Both the position numbers and the translations under genes were made by a program. From Candidatus Peribacteraceae bacterium (lineage in GTDB: Bacteria; Patescibacteriota; Gracilibacteria; Peribacterales; Peribacteraceae), in NCBI GenBank assembly GCA_013140485.1, contig JABFSS010000104.1, positions 1 through 41,984 of the forward strand: a stretch of DNA of 41,984 bases, read 5' to 3'. Positions 1 to 8,813 of the stretch are shown here, one piece after another. The notes below the pieces were generated by a model. The model saw only the letters and a list, made by a program, of their open reading frames with translations. It was not told the origin of the DNA and ran no database searches. Position 1 is the first letter of the stretch. Each line of letters starts with the position of its first letter.

Positions 1-158
1 GTTCGATGAGATGAGCATCACCTGGAGCGAGTTCCTGAAGCATGCGCTCCTGATGTTCCCGTTCGGTTTCAGCGTCTCCGAGAAGGTCTACAAGTACGAG
101 GCCGGCTACTACTTCTGGAAGAAGCTGGCGCCCCGCCTGCCGAAGACCGTCTACAAGT
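1..158. repeat. Terminal redundancy, left copy (matches 41827-41984)
   Basis: Aligned by eye: 157/158 identical. Only difference is C at 78 versus T at 41904. Confidence 0.95.
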
Positions 159-1873
159 GGTACATGGACCCGTCCGGCGGCCTGCAGGGGATCCAGCAAT
201 ACGTGCAGATCGGCAAGCAGTTCAAGTACGTGGACCTGCCCGTCGAGAGCCTGCTGGTTTTCTCCCACGATCGGGAGGGTTCCAACTACGAGGGGATGAG
301 CGTCCTCCGGCCGGCCTATAAGCACTGGTACATCAAGGACAAGCTGTACCGGATCGGCGCGATCGGGATTGAGCGCAGCGCGGTCGGCACGCTGGTGGGC
401 ACCATGGGCGAGGCGGGAGGGCCCAACGAACGGGCCGCGCTCGAGGAGCTGATCAAAAAGCTGCGGGTCAACGAGGAAGCCGGGGTCGTGCTGCCGGCCG
501 GCTGGGATTTGAAGGATTTGGCGCATGACCTGAAATCCCGCGACATCGTCGAGTTTATCCAGCACCACGACACCAAGATCGCGCAATCCGTGCTGGCTCA
601 GTTCCTACAGCTCGGTGGGGAATCCGGAGGCAAGGGGTCCTGGGCGCTCAGCGCCGACCAGTCGGATTTCTTCCTGATGAACCTCAGCTGCGCGGCCAAC
701 CACGTGGCGGAGATCATCAACCGGCACGCGGCCAAGCAGCTGCTGGAATACAACTTCGCCGGCCTGAAGGCGCTGCCTCAGCTGAAGGTCAGCAAGCTCG
801 GCAGCATCGACAAGCAGAAGATGACGGAGGGGATCAACAACTTGGTCAGCGGAAAGATCGTTCTTCCGGATGACGAGTTGGAGGATTTCATGCGGGATCT
901 GTTGGGCCTGCCGGAAGCGCAGCGGGACGATTCGCCGGAGGAGCGCCAGAAGCGGCGGCAGCCGCCGGCGCCGGTCCCGCCCGGGCAGAATCCCCAGGAT
1001 CCGAAGAACCCCCAGGACCCGGCCAAGCCGGTCAAGGCATCGGAGCGGCCGCGGATCCGGTTGGCCGGCGGCGAGCTCGCGCTGCGCCGGAAGCTGACTA
1101 AGCACGAAGCGGTGCTGGACCTGGCCGAGCTGGAGGACCGGTTCGTCACCGGCGAGGAGAAGCTGATCGCGCAGCTGAAGGCGATCTGGATGGACCAGCG
1201 GGACGAGATCCTGAAGGGCGTCTCGGCGGCGGCTGAAAGCGGCCGGCTCAAAGACCTGATGGACATCGTCGTGCCGCTGACCGGTAAGTACAGCAGCACG
1301 GTCCGCAGCATCGTGGACGATCTGGCCCGCTTTGGGAAAGACGCGGTCGAGAAGGAGATGGAGCTGAAGGCGGCCGCCTTTCCGTCCGTGCTGGCGCAGT
1401 GGGTCAACGTGAAGGGCGACTCGATCGCTGAGCTGCACGCCGCCAAGCTCCGCACCAGCGCGATCCTGACGGCGCTGCGCAGCATCAGCTCCGGGAAATC
1501 GCCCAAAGCGGTGGTGTTCGATGTGAAGCAGGCGATCGGGGACCTGGCGGAGCGGGAGCTGCAGGCCACCGCCGGCGTCACCGTGATCGAAGCGGTGAAC
1601 ATGGGCCGCGCGGCCGCCGCGGAGCAGCACTCCGAGCTGCAGGCGGCGCAGTACAGCGGGATCCTGGACCAGAAGATCTGCCAGCTGTGCGAGTTTTTGG
1701 ACGGCAAGGTGCTCACGCTGGACAATCCCGCGTTCGATCGCTTCACGCCGCCGGTGCATAACAACTGCCGGTGCGTGTGGGTATTCATTCGCCAAGAGGA
1801 GGAGAACGTGTTGATCACCTGGGAGGAACCGCCGTCGGAGCTCGTCGGGCGGTTTGGAAATCTTGTTGCGTGA
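2..1873 (+). CDS. Portal protein, remainder, with C-terminal Mu F / SPP1 gp7-like head-morphogenesis domain (whole ORF about 723 aa)
   Basis: Track ORF 11..1873 is open upstream to base 2. The C-terminal motif ILDQKICQLCEFLDGKVL...PPVHNNCRCVWVFI is the characteristic Mu F-family signature. Position is directly after terL. Confidence 0.85.
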   Translation, partial: FDEMSITWSEFLKHALLMFPFGFSVSEKVYKYEAGYYFWKKLAPRLPKTVYKWYMDPSGGLQGIQQYVQIGKQFKYVDLPVESLLVFSHDREGSNYEGMSVLRPAYKHWYIKDKLYRIGAIGIERSAVGTLVGTMGEAGGPNERAALEELIKKLRVNEEAGVVLPAGWDLKDLAHDLKSRDIVEFIQHHDTKIAQSVLAQFLQLGGESGGKGSWALSADQSDFFLMNLSCAANHVAEIINRHAAKQLLEYNFAGLKALPQLKVSKLGSIDKQKMTEGINNLVSGKIVLPDDELEDFMRDLLGLPEAQRDDSPEERQKRRQPPAPVPPGQNPQDPKNPQDPAKPVKASERPRIRLAGGELALRRKLTKHEAVLDLAELEDRFVTGEEKLIAQLKAIWMDQRDEILKGVSAAAESGRLKDLMDIVVPLTGKYSSTVRSIVDDLARFGKDAVEKEMELKAAAFPSVLAQWVNVKGDSIAELHAAKLRTSAILTALRSISSGKSPKAVVFDVKQAIGDLAERELQATAGVTVIEAVNMGRAAAAEQHSELQAAQYSGILDQKICQLCEFLDGKVLTLDNPAFDRFTPPVHNNCRCVWVFIRQEEENVLITWEEPPSELVGRFGNLVA

Positions 1874-1919
1874 TTCCTAAAAAAGCTATGCTCGGCTTAA
1901 GGGCATAAAAAACAAAAAA

Positions 1920-3251
1920 ATGCTTAGCGCAACTAAGAATCCTAAGAACGCACTAGCTAAGTCCCAGCTAACTAACCGCTGGCGGTTTGTCGATCAGATG
2001 GAGCAGTCGACCATCGAAACCGTCGCCGGCAAGAAATGCAGCTGGATCCAGATCATGCGGACCGGCGAATGGCGTCACCCGCAGTACGGCGAGTTCTCCA
2101 TCCAGCCCTCCGACATTCTCATGTTCAAGGAGAATTTCGAGCAGAACGTGCGCGGGGTGGACATCGCCGTCGACTGCGAGCATGAGCCGGAGAAAGGCGC
2201 CGCCGGCTGGATCCGGCAGATGGAGGCCCGGGACAACGGCCACGAGCTGTGGGCCTTCGTGGAGTGGACGCCGCGCGGGGAAACACTGGTCGCCTCCGGC
2301 GAGTTCCGGTACATCAGCCCGGAATTCGACTTCCGGTACAAGGATCCAGAAACGCAGCGGATTGTGGAGAACGTGATCTATGGCGTCGCGCTGACAAATC
2401 GCCCGTTCCTGAAGGGGATGGAGTCGGTCGTCCTCACCGAGGAAGCGGGCATGGCGGTCTTCTCGGAGGGAAAGGGCATGAAGCAGGGCATGAAGTTCGG
2501 TGAGCTCTTGGATGCGATGAAAAGCCGGGAAGTGGTCGACAAGGCGGTGAACGTGCTCAGCAACGCGCAGGACCTGCTGATGACCGCCAGCAACCTCGTC
2601 GGGGATTGCATCTACGACGAGGCGCTTTCCGAAGCCGACAAGGAGAAGAAGGTCCTGTCGGTGCTGAAGGATCTCCCGGAGGCCATCCTGGCCATCCTGA
2701 AGGACGTCGAGGTCGTCAAGGCCTCGGAACAGGCGCTCTCGTTGGTCAATCGCGCTGAAAAAGCGCTCAAGGAGGAGGGGGCAATGGAAACGGTTTCGCT
2801 CAAGGAACACAACGATCTCAAAGCTGAAGTTAGGAAGCTTACGGACGGCGCGGTCGCCCTGCAAGCCAAGGCGGACCAGGCCGAGGCGAAGCTGAAAGAG
2901 ATGGAGGCCGACAAGTCCGTCGAAGCTGCGGTCCGGGCCGGCAAGATCACCCCCGCGCAGCGCGAATGGGCGAAGGGGTACGCCCTGAAGGACCCGACCG
3001 GGTTTGCTTCCTTCGTGAAGGATGCGCCGGTCGTGGTGAAGCTGAGCGAGCGCACCACCGAGCAGGGCGGCGCTGGGCAAGGATCCGGCGACGAGGGCAA
3101 GAGCGCCAGTGAGCAGCTGCATGCCAAGGCCAAGGAGCTCCAGGCGGCCAATCAGGGCATGAAGTTCTCGGAAGCGCTCAGCCGCGCGGGCAAAGAGAAT
3201 CCTGAGCTGTACGAACAGTACCGGCTCAAGGAAACTCCGCGAATCAGCTAA
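1920..3251 (+). CDS. Mu gpI-like prohead protease with C-terminal coiled-coil scaffold region
   Basis: The N-terminal half (WIQIMRTGEWRHPQYGEF...AVDCEHE...GWIRQME...RYISPEF...ALTNRPFL) resembles the Mu I protease family. The C-terminal half is Ala/Lys/Glu-rich coiled coil. Start is uncertain: ATG 1920 has no SD, and ATG 1998 is an alternative. Confidence 0.7.
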   Translation: MLSATKNPKNALAKSQLTNRWRFVDQMEQSTIETVAGKKCSWIQIMRTGEWRHPQYGEFSIQPSDILMFKENFEQNVRGVDIAVDCEHEPEKGAAGWIRQMEARDNGHELWAFVEWTPRGETLVASGEFRYISPEFDFRYKDPETQRIVENVIYGVALTNRPFLKGMESVVLTEEAGMAVFSEGKGMKQGMKFGELLDAMKSREVVDKAVNVLSNAQDLLMTASNLVGDCIYDEALSEADKEKKVLSVLKDLPEAILAILKDVEVVKASEQALSLVNRAEKALKEEGAMETVSLKEHNDLKAEVRKLTDGAVALQAKADQAEAKLKEMEADKSVEAAVRAGKITPAQREWAKGYALKDPTGFASFVKDAPVVVKLSERTTEQGGAGQGSGDEGKSASEQLHAKAKELQAANQGMKFSEALSRAGKENPELYEQYRLKETPRIS

Positions 3252-3278
3252 CCGGACCCCACAGGGAGGAGAAAACGA

Positions 3279-3647
3279 ATGTCTCAGGAACACGTTCTGA
3301 TGAGCATCACGAAGGAAGCGGCCGCCGATCTGAGCGCGAAGAAATATTACTGCATCGCGCAGGATGCGAACGGCAAGGCCGCCTTGGCTTCCAGCGCCAC
3401 GGCGAAGGGCAACCTCGGCATTTTGCAGAACAAGCCGGCCAGCGGCGAAGCGGCCAATATCGCCGTCCTGGGCACGTCCAAGGCGATTCTGGGCGGGACG
3501 GTGGATGAGGGGGACCAGCTGACGACGGATGCGAACGGCAAGTTGATCGCTACCACGTCGGCGGGTGACTTCGTTGTGGCCGAAGCTCTCGAGGCCGGTG
3601 TCCTCAACGACATCGCCGAAGTTCGGCTGGTCAAGTACCGCTACTAA
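3279..3647 (+). CDS. DUF2190-family head decoration-like protein
   Basis: 122 aa with SD GGGAGGAG. The pattern KKYYCIAQDANGKA...GILQNKPASGEAANIAVLGTSKA is typical of DUF2190 proteins found just upstream of E-like capsid genes. Confidence 0.7.
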   Translation: MSQEHVLMSITKEAAADLSAKKYYCIAQDANGKAALASSATAKGNLGILQNKPASGEAANIAVLGTSKAILGGTVDEGDQLTTDANGKLIATTSAGDFVVAEALEAGVLNDIAEVRLVKYRY

Positions 3648-3665
3648 ACCGGGAGGAGAAGCCAA

Positions 3666-4616
3666 ATGCAAGAAGCGCATGGGAAGTGGCGGTTCGCTGA
3701 AGTCGCCCACATCGACCGTCTGCTGACGGACTTCAGCATCGAGTACGCGAACGAGGAAGCTGCGTTCGTCGGACTCCAGGTTTTGCCGGCGTTGCAGGTG
3801 AAGTTCGAGTCGGACAAGTTCCTGAAATACAAGAAGGGGAACAACTTCCAGCTGCCCGACGCCAAGCGGGCGATCCGCACGAAGTACAAGCGGATCAGCT
3901 GGGAAACGGACACCGACTCCTATAAGTGCGAGGAGTACGGGCTGGAGGACCTGATCGACGACCGGGAGCGCCAGAACACCGACGCGCCCATGGATCAGGA
4001 CCAGGACACCACCGGCACGCTCACGAAGGCCATGCTCCTGCTGCATGAGACGCGCGTGACCAGTTTGGTCACCAGCACGGCCAACGTGACCCTGAACACC
4101 ACGCTTTCCGGCACCAGCCAGTGGAGCGATTACGACGATTCGGACCCGTTTGCAGCCATCGAAACGGGTATCGACGCCGTCCAGGCGGCCACCGGCATGC
4201 GCCCCAACACCATGGTGATGGGATACGCGGTGTGGGCGAAGCTGAAGCACCACCCGGACCTGTTGGACCGGATCAAGCACACCCAGAAGGGCGTGATGAC
4301 CACGGATCTCCTGGCCGCGTTGCTGGGCCTCGATGCGGTGTACGTCAGCCGCGCCGTGAAGAATTCGGCCAAGGAAGGGCAGACCGTCAGCCTCGGCTAC
4401 GTTTGGGGCAAGGACGCGCTGCTGTATTACCGGAAGCCGGGCCGGCCGACCCTGCGGAGCCTCACGTTCGGCGTCACGTTCATGTCGCGTGACTGGCAGA
4501 CCGAGCGCTACCGGGAAGAGACCGCCAAGTCGGATGTCTTCCGCGTGAGCCACGTGGTGGACGAGAAGCTCGTTGCTGCGGATGTCGCGTACCTGATCAA
4601 AGACGCCGTAGCGTAA
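3666..4616 (+). CDS. Major capsid protein (lambda gpE-like family)
   Basis: 316 aa with SD GGGAGGAG. Resembles the Phage_cap_E family and sits after the protease/scaffold and decoration genes. Confidence 0.8.
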   Translation: MQEAHGKWRFAEVAHIDRLLTDFSIEYANEEAAFVGLQVLPALQVKFESDKFLKYKKGNNFQLPDAKRAIRTKYKRISWETDTDSYKCEEYGLEDLIDDRERQNTDAPMDQDQDTTGTLTKAMLLLHETRVTSLVTSTANVTLNTTLSGTSQWSDYDDSDPFAAIETGIDAVQAATGMRPNTMVMGYAVWAKLKHHPDLLDRIKHTQKGVMTTDLLAALLGLDAVYVSRAVKNSAKEGQTVSLGYVWGKDALLYYRKPGRPTLRSLTFGVTFMSRDWQTERYREETAKSDVFRVSHVVDEKLVAADVAYLIKDAVA

Positions 4617-4632
4617 GAATTCACCTGAGATC

Positions 4633-4673
4633 GGGGCAGGTCAGAGTGGCTCAACGTCACCTCGGCCTGCCCC
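4633..4673 (+). other. GC-rich stem-loop after the capsid gene (possible attenuator or RNA stabiliser)
   Basis: GGGGCAGG (4633-4640) pairs with CCTGCCCC (4666-4673). The following TTCTC tract is weak, so this is not a canonical terminator. Confidence 0.35.
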
Positions 4674-4697
4674 TTCTCGCATAGGGAGGGAAAACCA

Positions 4698-5339
4698 ATG
4701 GCTGTTCGCGTAACGCGGGGAAAGATGCTGGCGGGGCGCATCGCTGGACTGGATGGGCTGGAAGCCAAGACCGATGCGCATCTGGACGTCAAGACCAAGG
4801 GCGACACGAAAGTCATCAAGCTCAACAGCCGCAACTACGCGGCCACTTCCGGCGACAACATCGGTTTCCAGGTCAAGCCGGCCGGCAACGCTGCCAGCGG
4901 CACGGCAACCATCATAGGCGGTCAGATCTCGCCGCGCTTTCTGGACGGCAAGCTCGGCGCCAACCTGATCGGTCTGCACGTGGACGCCTACCTGAAAGGC
5001 ACGACCGGCGATATTTCCGCTGACGTGCGGGCGTTGAACCTCGAGCTGGTGGCCGATGAGGGCGGGGCCCGGGCGATCGGTGGTGACGTGACCGGCATCC
5101 GGATCCGCAGCTACCTGCCGGCTGGCACGATCACCGGCAAGAAGCAGGCCATCAAGATCGAGGTGCCGGAGAGCGGCGGCAAGGCGTATGACGCCGTCCT
5201 GGCCCTCACCAGCACGCACGGCGCGGTCTGGGATGTGAAGGGGTCGGACTATAGCCCCTCTCAGCCGCGGGCCAAGATCAAGGTGCTGGTCAACGGCACC
5301 GCCTACTGGCTGGTCGGTTACGCGGTCGAGCCCACGTAA
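4698..5339 (+). CDS. Hypothetical head-module protein (beta-rich, 213 aa)
   Basis: SD GGGAGGG. Located in the head module. No family recognised. Confidence 0.7.
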   Translation: MAVRVTRGKMLAGRIAGLDGLEAKTDAHLDVKTKGDTKVIKLNSRNYAATSGDNIGFQVKPAGNAASGTATIIGGQISPRFLDGKLGANLIGLHVDAYLKGTTGDISADVRALNLELVADEGGARAIGGDVTGIRIRSYLPAGTITGKKQAIKIEVPESGGKAYDAVLALTSTHGAVWDVKGSDYSPSQPRAKIKVLVNGTAYWLVGYAVEPT

Positions 5340-5343
5340 GCCG

Positions 5344-5538
5344 ATGCAGATCAGCTTGGCTGACCTGCAGAAGCGTCTGGAAGGCCTGCAGGCGGGCAGG
5401 GTGGAAGCCATGGCCAGTCTGAACACCTACGATGGGGCGATCCAGGAGTGTCAGCACTGGATCGCCCTTCTTTCTCAACAGGAGGGCAAGAGCGATGCAA
5501 ATCAAGTTCCTGAAAAATGTCACGCACGACGGCGTTAG
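5344..5538 (+). CDS. Hypothetical small helical protein (64 aa)
   Basis: ORF in the gap after 5339. Overlaps the next gene by 44 nt and has no clear SD. Confidence 0.35.
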   Translation: MQISLADLQKRLEGLQAGRVEAMASLNTYDGAIQECQHWIALLSQQEGKSDANQVPEKCHARRR

Positions 5539-5896
5539 CTACGGCGCCGGGCAGGTTTCGGATTTCGAGGACGCGCCGGCCGCGCAGGTTCTGATCCAGG
5601 CTGGCCTCGCTGAGAAGGTTTCCGGCTCCGAATCGGCCGCGCCGGCCGGAGAGGCCGGGGATCCCCCGGCGGGTTCGGCGGGCGATTCCCAACAGGGCGG
5701 CGCTGAGGATCCCGCGGGAGCGGGCCAGGCCGGCGACCCGCCGGGCCCGTCGGCGGAGCCGGGTGACACCACCGGCGAGATGGAAGCGGCCGCAGGCGGC
5801 GCAGCTGGGGATCCTCCCGAGGGCGGCTCCGGATCGGCCGCGCCGGGGGCCAAGGGGAAGGATCACAAGGACAAGGGCCACAAGGGCAAGAAATAA
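5495..5896 (+). CDS. Hypothetical protein with disordered AGDPP-repeat region and Lys-rich tail (133 aa)
   Basis: Internal ATG 5495 of track ORF 5432..5896 is preceded by AGGAGGG. The N-terminal roughly 45 aa look globular. They are followed by a G/P/A/D/E low-complexity stretch (AGDPP x3) and KGKDHKDKGHKGKK. Confidence 0.6.
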   Translation: MQIKFLKNVTHDGVSYGAGQVSDFEDAPAAQVLIQAGLAEKVSGSESAAPAGEAGDPPAGSAGDSQQGGAEDPAGAGQAGDPPGPSAEPGDTTGEMEAAAGGAAGDPPEGGSGSAAPGAKGKDHKDKGHKGKK

Positions 5897-5902
5897 CCCG
5901 CC

Positions 5903-6340
5903 ATGGCCTACGCTGTCGCTGCCGACGTCGCCAAGCTGCTGCCGGGGATGACTTTCTCCGACACCACGAAGGTCACGACCGCTGATCTGACCGAGATCCT
6001 CAGCCAGGTCGAGGCCATGGTGGACGCGGCGTTGCAGAACATCTACACGGTGCCGATCACCGGCTCGGCCGCGCTCAAGGTGGTGAAGATGTTGGTCACC
6101 CATAAGGCGGCGGCCATGGTGATCGAGCGGACGGACCAGCAGGGGGACAAGGTCCATCCGAAGGCGGCGGCCTGGAACAAGACGTTCACGGACTGGCTCG
6201 ATCTGCTGGAGAAAGAAACCGTCCGCCTTACAGACGCTCCGATCGTCAACACGCAAGCGGAGCGGTGCATCAGCACTGGGGCGCTGGACAGCGACGGCAA
6301 CGAGCGGCTGCCCAGCTTCACCATGGATCAGGTGTTCTGA
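5903..6340 (+). CDS. Head-tail connector / adaptor-like protein
   Basis: 145 aa, placed between the head and tail genes. The N-terminus AYAVAADVAKLLPGMTFSDTT is typical of head-tail adaptor families. Confidence 0.55.
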   Translation: MAYAVAADVAKLLPGMTFSDTTKVTTADLTEILSQVEAMVDAALQNIYTVPITGSAALKVVKMLVTHKAAAMVIERTDQQGDKVHPKAAAWNKTFTDWLDLLEKETVRLTDAPIVNTQAERCISTGALDSDGNERLPSFTMDQVF

Positions 6341-6834
6341 TGGCATTCACGCTGCAGTTCGAGGTGGGCGGCGACGTGCAGCTGTCGCGCGAGCTGCGCC
6401 ACATCTCGGAGGGGGTGAAGGATTTCAGCGTGCCATTGAACCTGATAAGCCGGGATTTCTATGAGGGCCAACGGGCCACGTTTGAAGCCGAAGGCGCTGC
6501 CGAAGGCAAACAGAAATGGCCGGCCCTCTCACCGGCTTATCGTCTTTGGAAGGACCAGCGCTTCCCCGGCCGGCCGCTCCTGGTCCTGCGGGGGAATCTC
6601 AGCAAGGCCGCCACGGATCCGAAAGCGCCGGGGGCCAAGCATGAGGTGTCCAAGGTGCAGTTCCGGGCCGGGGTGGACATCCCGGTCAACGGCTGGAACC
6701 TGGCGGCGCTGCACCAGTTCGGGACCCGGCGCATGCCGCAGCGCAAGGTGATCCAGCTGAGCGAGCCGCAGAAGCTGCGCTGGGTGCAGATCTTCCGGCG
6801 CTGGTACTACGAGCTGGTGGCGGGGACCGCCTGA
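6340..6834 (+). CDS. Virion morphogenesis protein (Mu gpG-like family)
   Basis: ATG 6340 overlaps the previous stop (ATGA). FEAEGAAEGKQKWPALSPAY...RPLLVLRGNL resembles the Mu G / tail-completion family. Confidence 0.6.
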   Translation: MAFTLQFEVGGDVQLSRELRHISEGVKDFSVPLNLISRDFYEGQRATFEAEGAAEGKQKWPALSPAYRLWKDQRFPGRPLLVLRGNLSKAATDPKAPGAKHEVSKVQFRAGVDIPVNGWNLAALHQFGTRRMPQRKVIQLSEPQKLRWVQIFRRWYYELVAGTA

Positions 6835-7346
6835 TGGGAAACACGCTGGAGGAAGTCGTTTTCGAGATCGTGAGCGTCCTGGCCACGGACCTGCCGGCCA
6901 AGCTGGACGCTCTGGACACCGAGTACGGCGACGGCATCACGCTGGACGACATCCAGCGGTTCTACGTAAGCGACATCGACAAGTCGTTCAACATCAACCA
7001 GTGCCCGTTCGTGGTGGTGATGGGGCGGGGTTACAGCGTGGACTCCAGCTCGCTGTCCACCGGCCGGGACATGCTGCGGGTGGAGATCGAGACCTACGTG
7101 GGATCGGATCCCAACCTGAAGCTGACCAAGGGCGGCCGGGAATACGTCTTTGAGGAGGTTCTGGAGGTCCGCATCATGCGGTACGCGCGGGCGATCCGGG
7201 AGGTGCTGTACGCCAAGCGGACCCTAAACAACAAGTGCGAGTGGATCAACGTGGACGACGCTCTGATCAGCAACGTTCTGCCGGTTGAGGACGCTTTCAT
7301 GCGGGCCCACCGGCTGACCTGCGAAGTCAGCACCTTCAAACGGTAG
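6834..7346 (+). CDS. Hypothetical neck / tail-completion protein
   Basis: ATGA overlap with the previous gene. Assignment rests on position only. Confidence 0.5.
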   Translation: MGNTLEEVVFEIVSVLATDLPAKLDALDTEYGDGITLDDIQRFYVSDIDKSFNINQCPFVVVMGRGYSVDSSSLSTGRDMLRVEIETYVGSDPNLKLTKGGREYVFEEVLEVRIMRYARAIREVLYAKRTLNNKCEWINVDDALISNVLPVEDAFMRAHRLTCEVSTFKR

Positions 7347-7354
7347 GAGGAACC

Positions 7355-7552
7355 ATGGCGAAACTGAAATATCAGGGCAGCATCCCGACGGTCAGCCTCT
7401 CGTGGGGCGTCGTTTTGAACGCACCGCAGCAGACCGGCGATCGGTGCAAGATCAAGCGCGGCGATGTCATCGAGGTCACCGACGAGGCCGCCAAGAGTTT
7501 ATTGGCGTCTGGCAACTTCGTTCAAGAAGGCAAGAAAAAGGAGGGGGCTTAA
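7355..7552 (+). CDS. Hypothetical small protein (65 aa)
   Basis: SD GGAGGAA. Its stop is immediately followed by the tube gene ATG. Confidence 0.6.
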   Translation: MAKLKYQGSIPTVSLSWGVVLNAPQQTGDRCKIKRGDVIEVTDEAAKSLLASGNFVQEGKKKEGA

Positions 7553-8518
7553 ATGGCATTCGGACACAAATCCTTTATCGGCATCGGTGCCGAATCCACG
7601 TGGGGCACCGCCGTCGCACGCACCAAGTTCCTCGAGCTGGTCAAGGGCGGGGATGGGATCGACCTGGAAGAAGAAGCAATGCTGTCCAACTCCATCGCCA
7701 CGATCGGCCATGACGAGGCCAAGCATTACGCGCAGGGGAAGATCTCTGTGGCGGGGCCGCTCATCTTCGAGTTTCCGGAGGAGGGCGCCGAGCTGCTGCT
7801 GAAGAACGCCTTCGGATCCGTGGCCACGGCAGTGCCCGGCGGCGGGACCAACTCGCGGGAGCATACCTTCACGATCGCCGACGCGCTGCCCACCGGCCTG
7901 ACCGTGGAGATCCACAAGGACGCCCCCGGCGGCTCGCCGTCCTTCATCTACTCCGGTTGCAAGGTCAACCAGCTGGAGTTTGCGATCGGGTTGGACGACC
8001 GGCTGCGCTGCACAGCCCAGATCGTCGGGAAGGACGTCGCCAAGGGTGCGAAATCGAGCGAAACGCTGCCGACGCGGCGGCCGTTCCATTTCGCGGACGC
8101 CGTCTGCAAGTGGGCGGGATCCCAGGTCGAGGTGAGCGAAGCCAAGATCACGCTCAACAACAACCTGGACGTGGAGCGCCGGTTCATCGGCAGCCGCCTG
8201 ATCAAGGAGCCGATCCGGGGCGGGAGCAAGGTTGCCGTCACGTTCTCGTTCACGATGGAATTCGACAGCATCACGCAGTTCGATGACTGGCGGGCGGCCA
8301 CGAAGCGGGTGCTGGAGCTGACCTTCACCGGCGAGATCATCGAGGGGGCGATCCCCTACAAGCTGCAGCTGCTGTGCAACGTGTCGCGGCTCACCAAGGC
8401 GCATCCGCTGATCAACGACGGCGGCCGGGTGACCTACGAGATCGCCGGCATGGCGTTTCGGGACGCGACGGACAAGGAGCTGAAGGCGATCCTCACGAAC
8501 ACCGTCACCTCGGTTTAA
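7553..8518 (+). CDS. Major tail tube protein (non-contractile tail)
   Basis: 321 aa and beta-rich, sitting immediately upstream of the chaperone/tape-measure block. No sheath gene is present. Confidence 0.65.
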   Translation: MAFGHKSFIGIGAESTWGTAVARTKFLELVKGGDGIDLEEEAMLSNSIATIGHDEAKHYAQGKISVAGPLIFEFPEEGAELLLKNAFGSVATAVPGGGTNSREHTFTIADALPTGLTVEIHKDAPGGSPSFIYSGCKVNQLEFAIGLDDRLRCTAQIVGKDVAKGAKSSETLPTRRPFHFADAVCKWAGSQVEVSEAKITLNNNLDVERRFIGSRLIKEPIRGGSKVAVTFSFTMEFDSITQFDDWRAATKRVLELTFTGEIIEGAIPYKLQLLCNVSRLTKAHPLINDGGRVTYEIAGMAFRDATDKELKAILTNTVTSV

Positions 8519-8546
8519 CGTTTCACCTGAAGTTGGAGGGCAGGTC

Positions 8547-8813
8547 ATGAAGTTGGAAATCGTGTCAGACGGGTCTGCTGAAGGTACACGGGTCCTGATC
8601 AACGGCAAGGAGCAGCCGCGTCTGTTGAAGTTTGCGTTCTCCGTCGTGGCCAAGAAGCGGGCCCGGCTGGAGATCCTGGAAGATGTCGATGGGCAAGAAG
8701 TTTTCCGAAGTTATTACGGTCCCGACTTCAAGCACCTTGATGGGCGGGACAGCGAAGTTAAAGGAGCCAACAGCTATGTCGGCGGAGAAAATCGCACCCT
8801 CACAAGAACCTAG
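8547..8813 (+). CDS. Hypothetical small protein (88 aa)
   Basis: SD GGAGGG. Overlaps the chaperone start. Confidence 0.5.
   Translation: MKLEIVSDGSAEGTRVLINGKEQPRLLKFAFSVVAKKRARLEILEDVDGQEVFRSYYGPDFKHLDGRDSEVKGANSYVGGENRTLTRT

Noticed and set aside
1968-4553. 861-aa minus-strand ORF, along with 605..1795, 778..1818, 7499..8653 and 8847..10022 on the minus strand.
   Set aside because: They lie antisense to well-supported head and tail genes. Their translations are Arg/Leu/Pro/Gly/His-rich low-complexity strings with no motifs, SD sequences or coupling. Long stop-free antisense frames are expected in roughly 60% GC coding DNA.
5600-5860. GC-rich imperfect repeats (GGGGATCCCCCGGC-like) that could suggest a VNTR or CRISPR-like array.
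   Set aside because: The units are irregular in length and spacing. They lie in frame within the 5495..5896 ORF, where they encode the AGDPP low-complexity region. No spacer/repeat architecture is present.
7553-8518. Possibility of a contractile (myovirus) tail.
   Set aside because: No sheath-sized gene precedes the tube gene, and there is no baseplate wedge set. The chaperone frameshift, tape measure, Dit and Tal layout is siphovirus-like.
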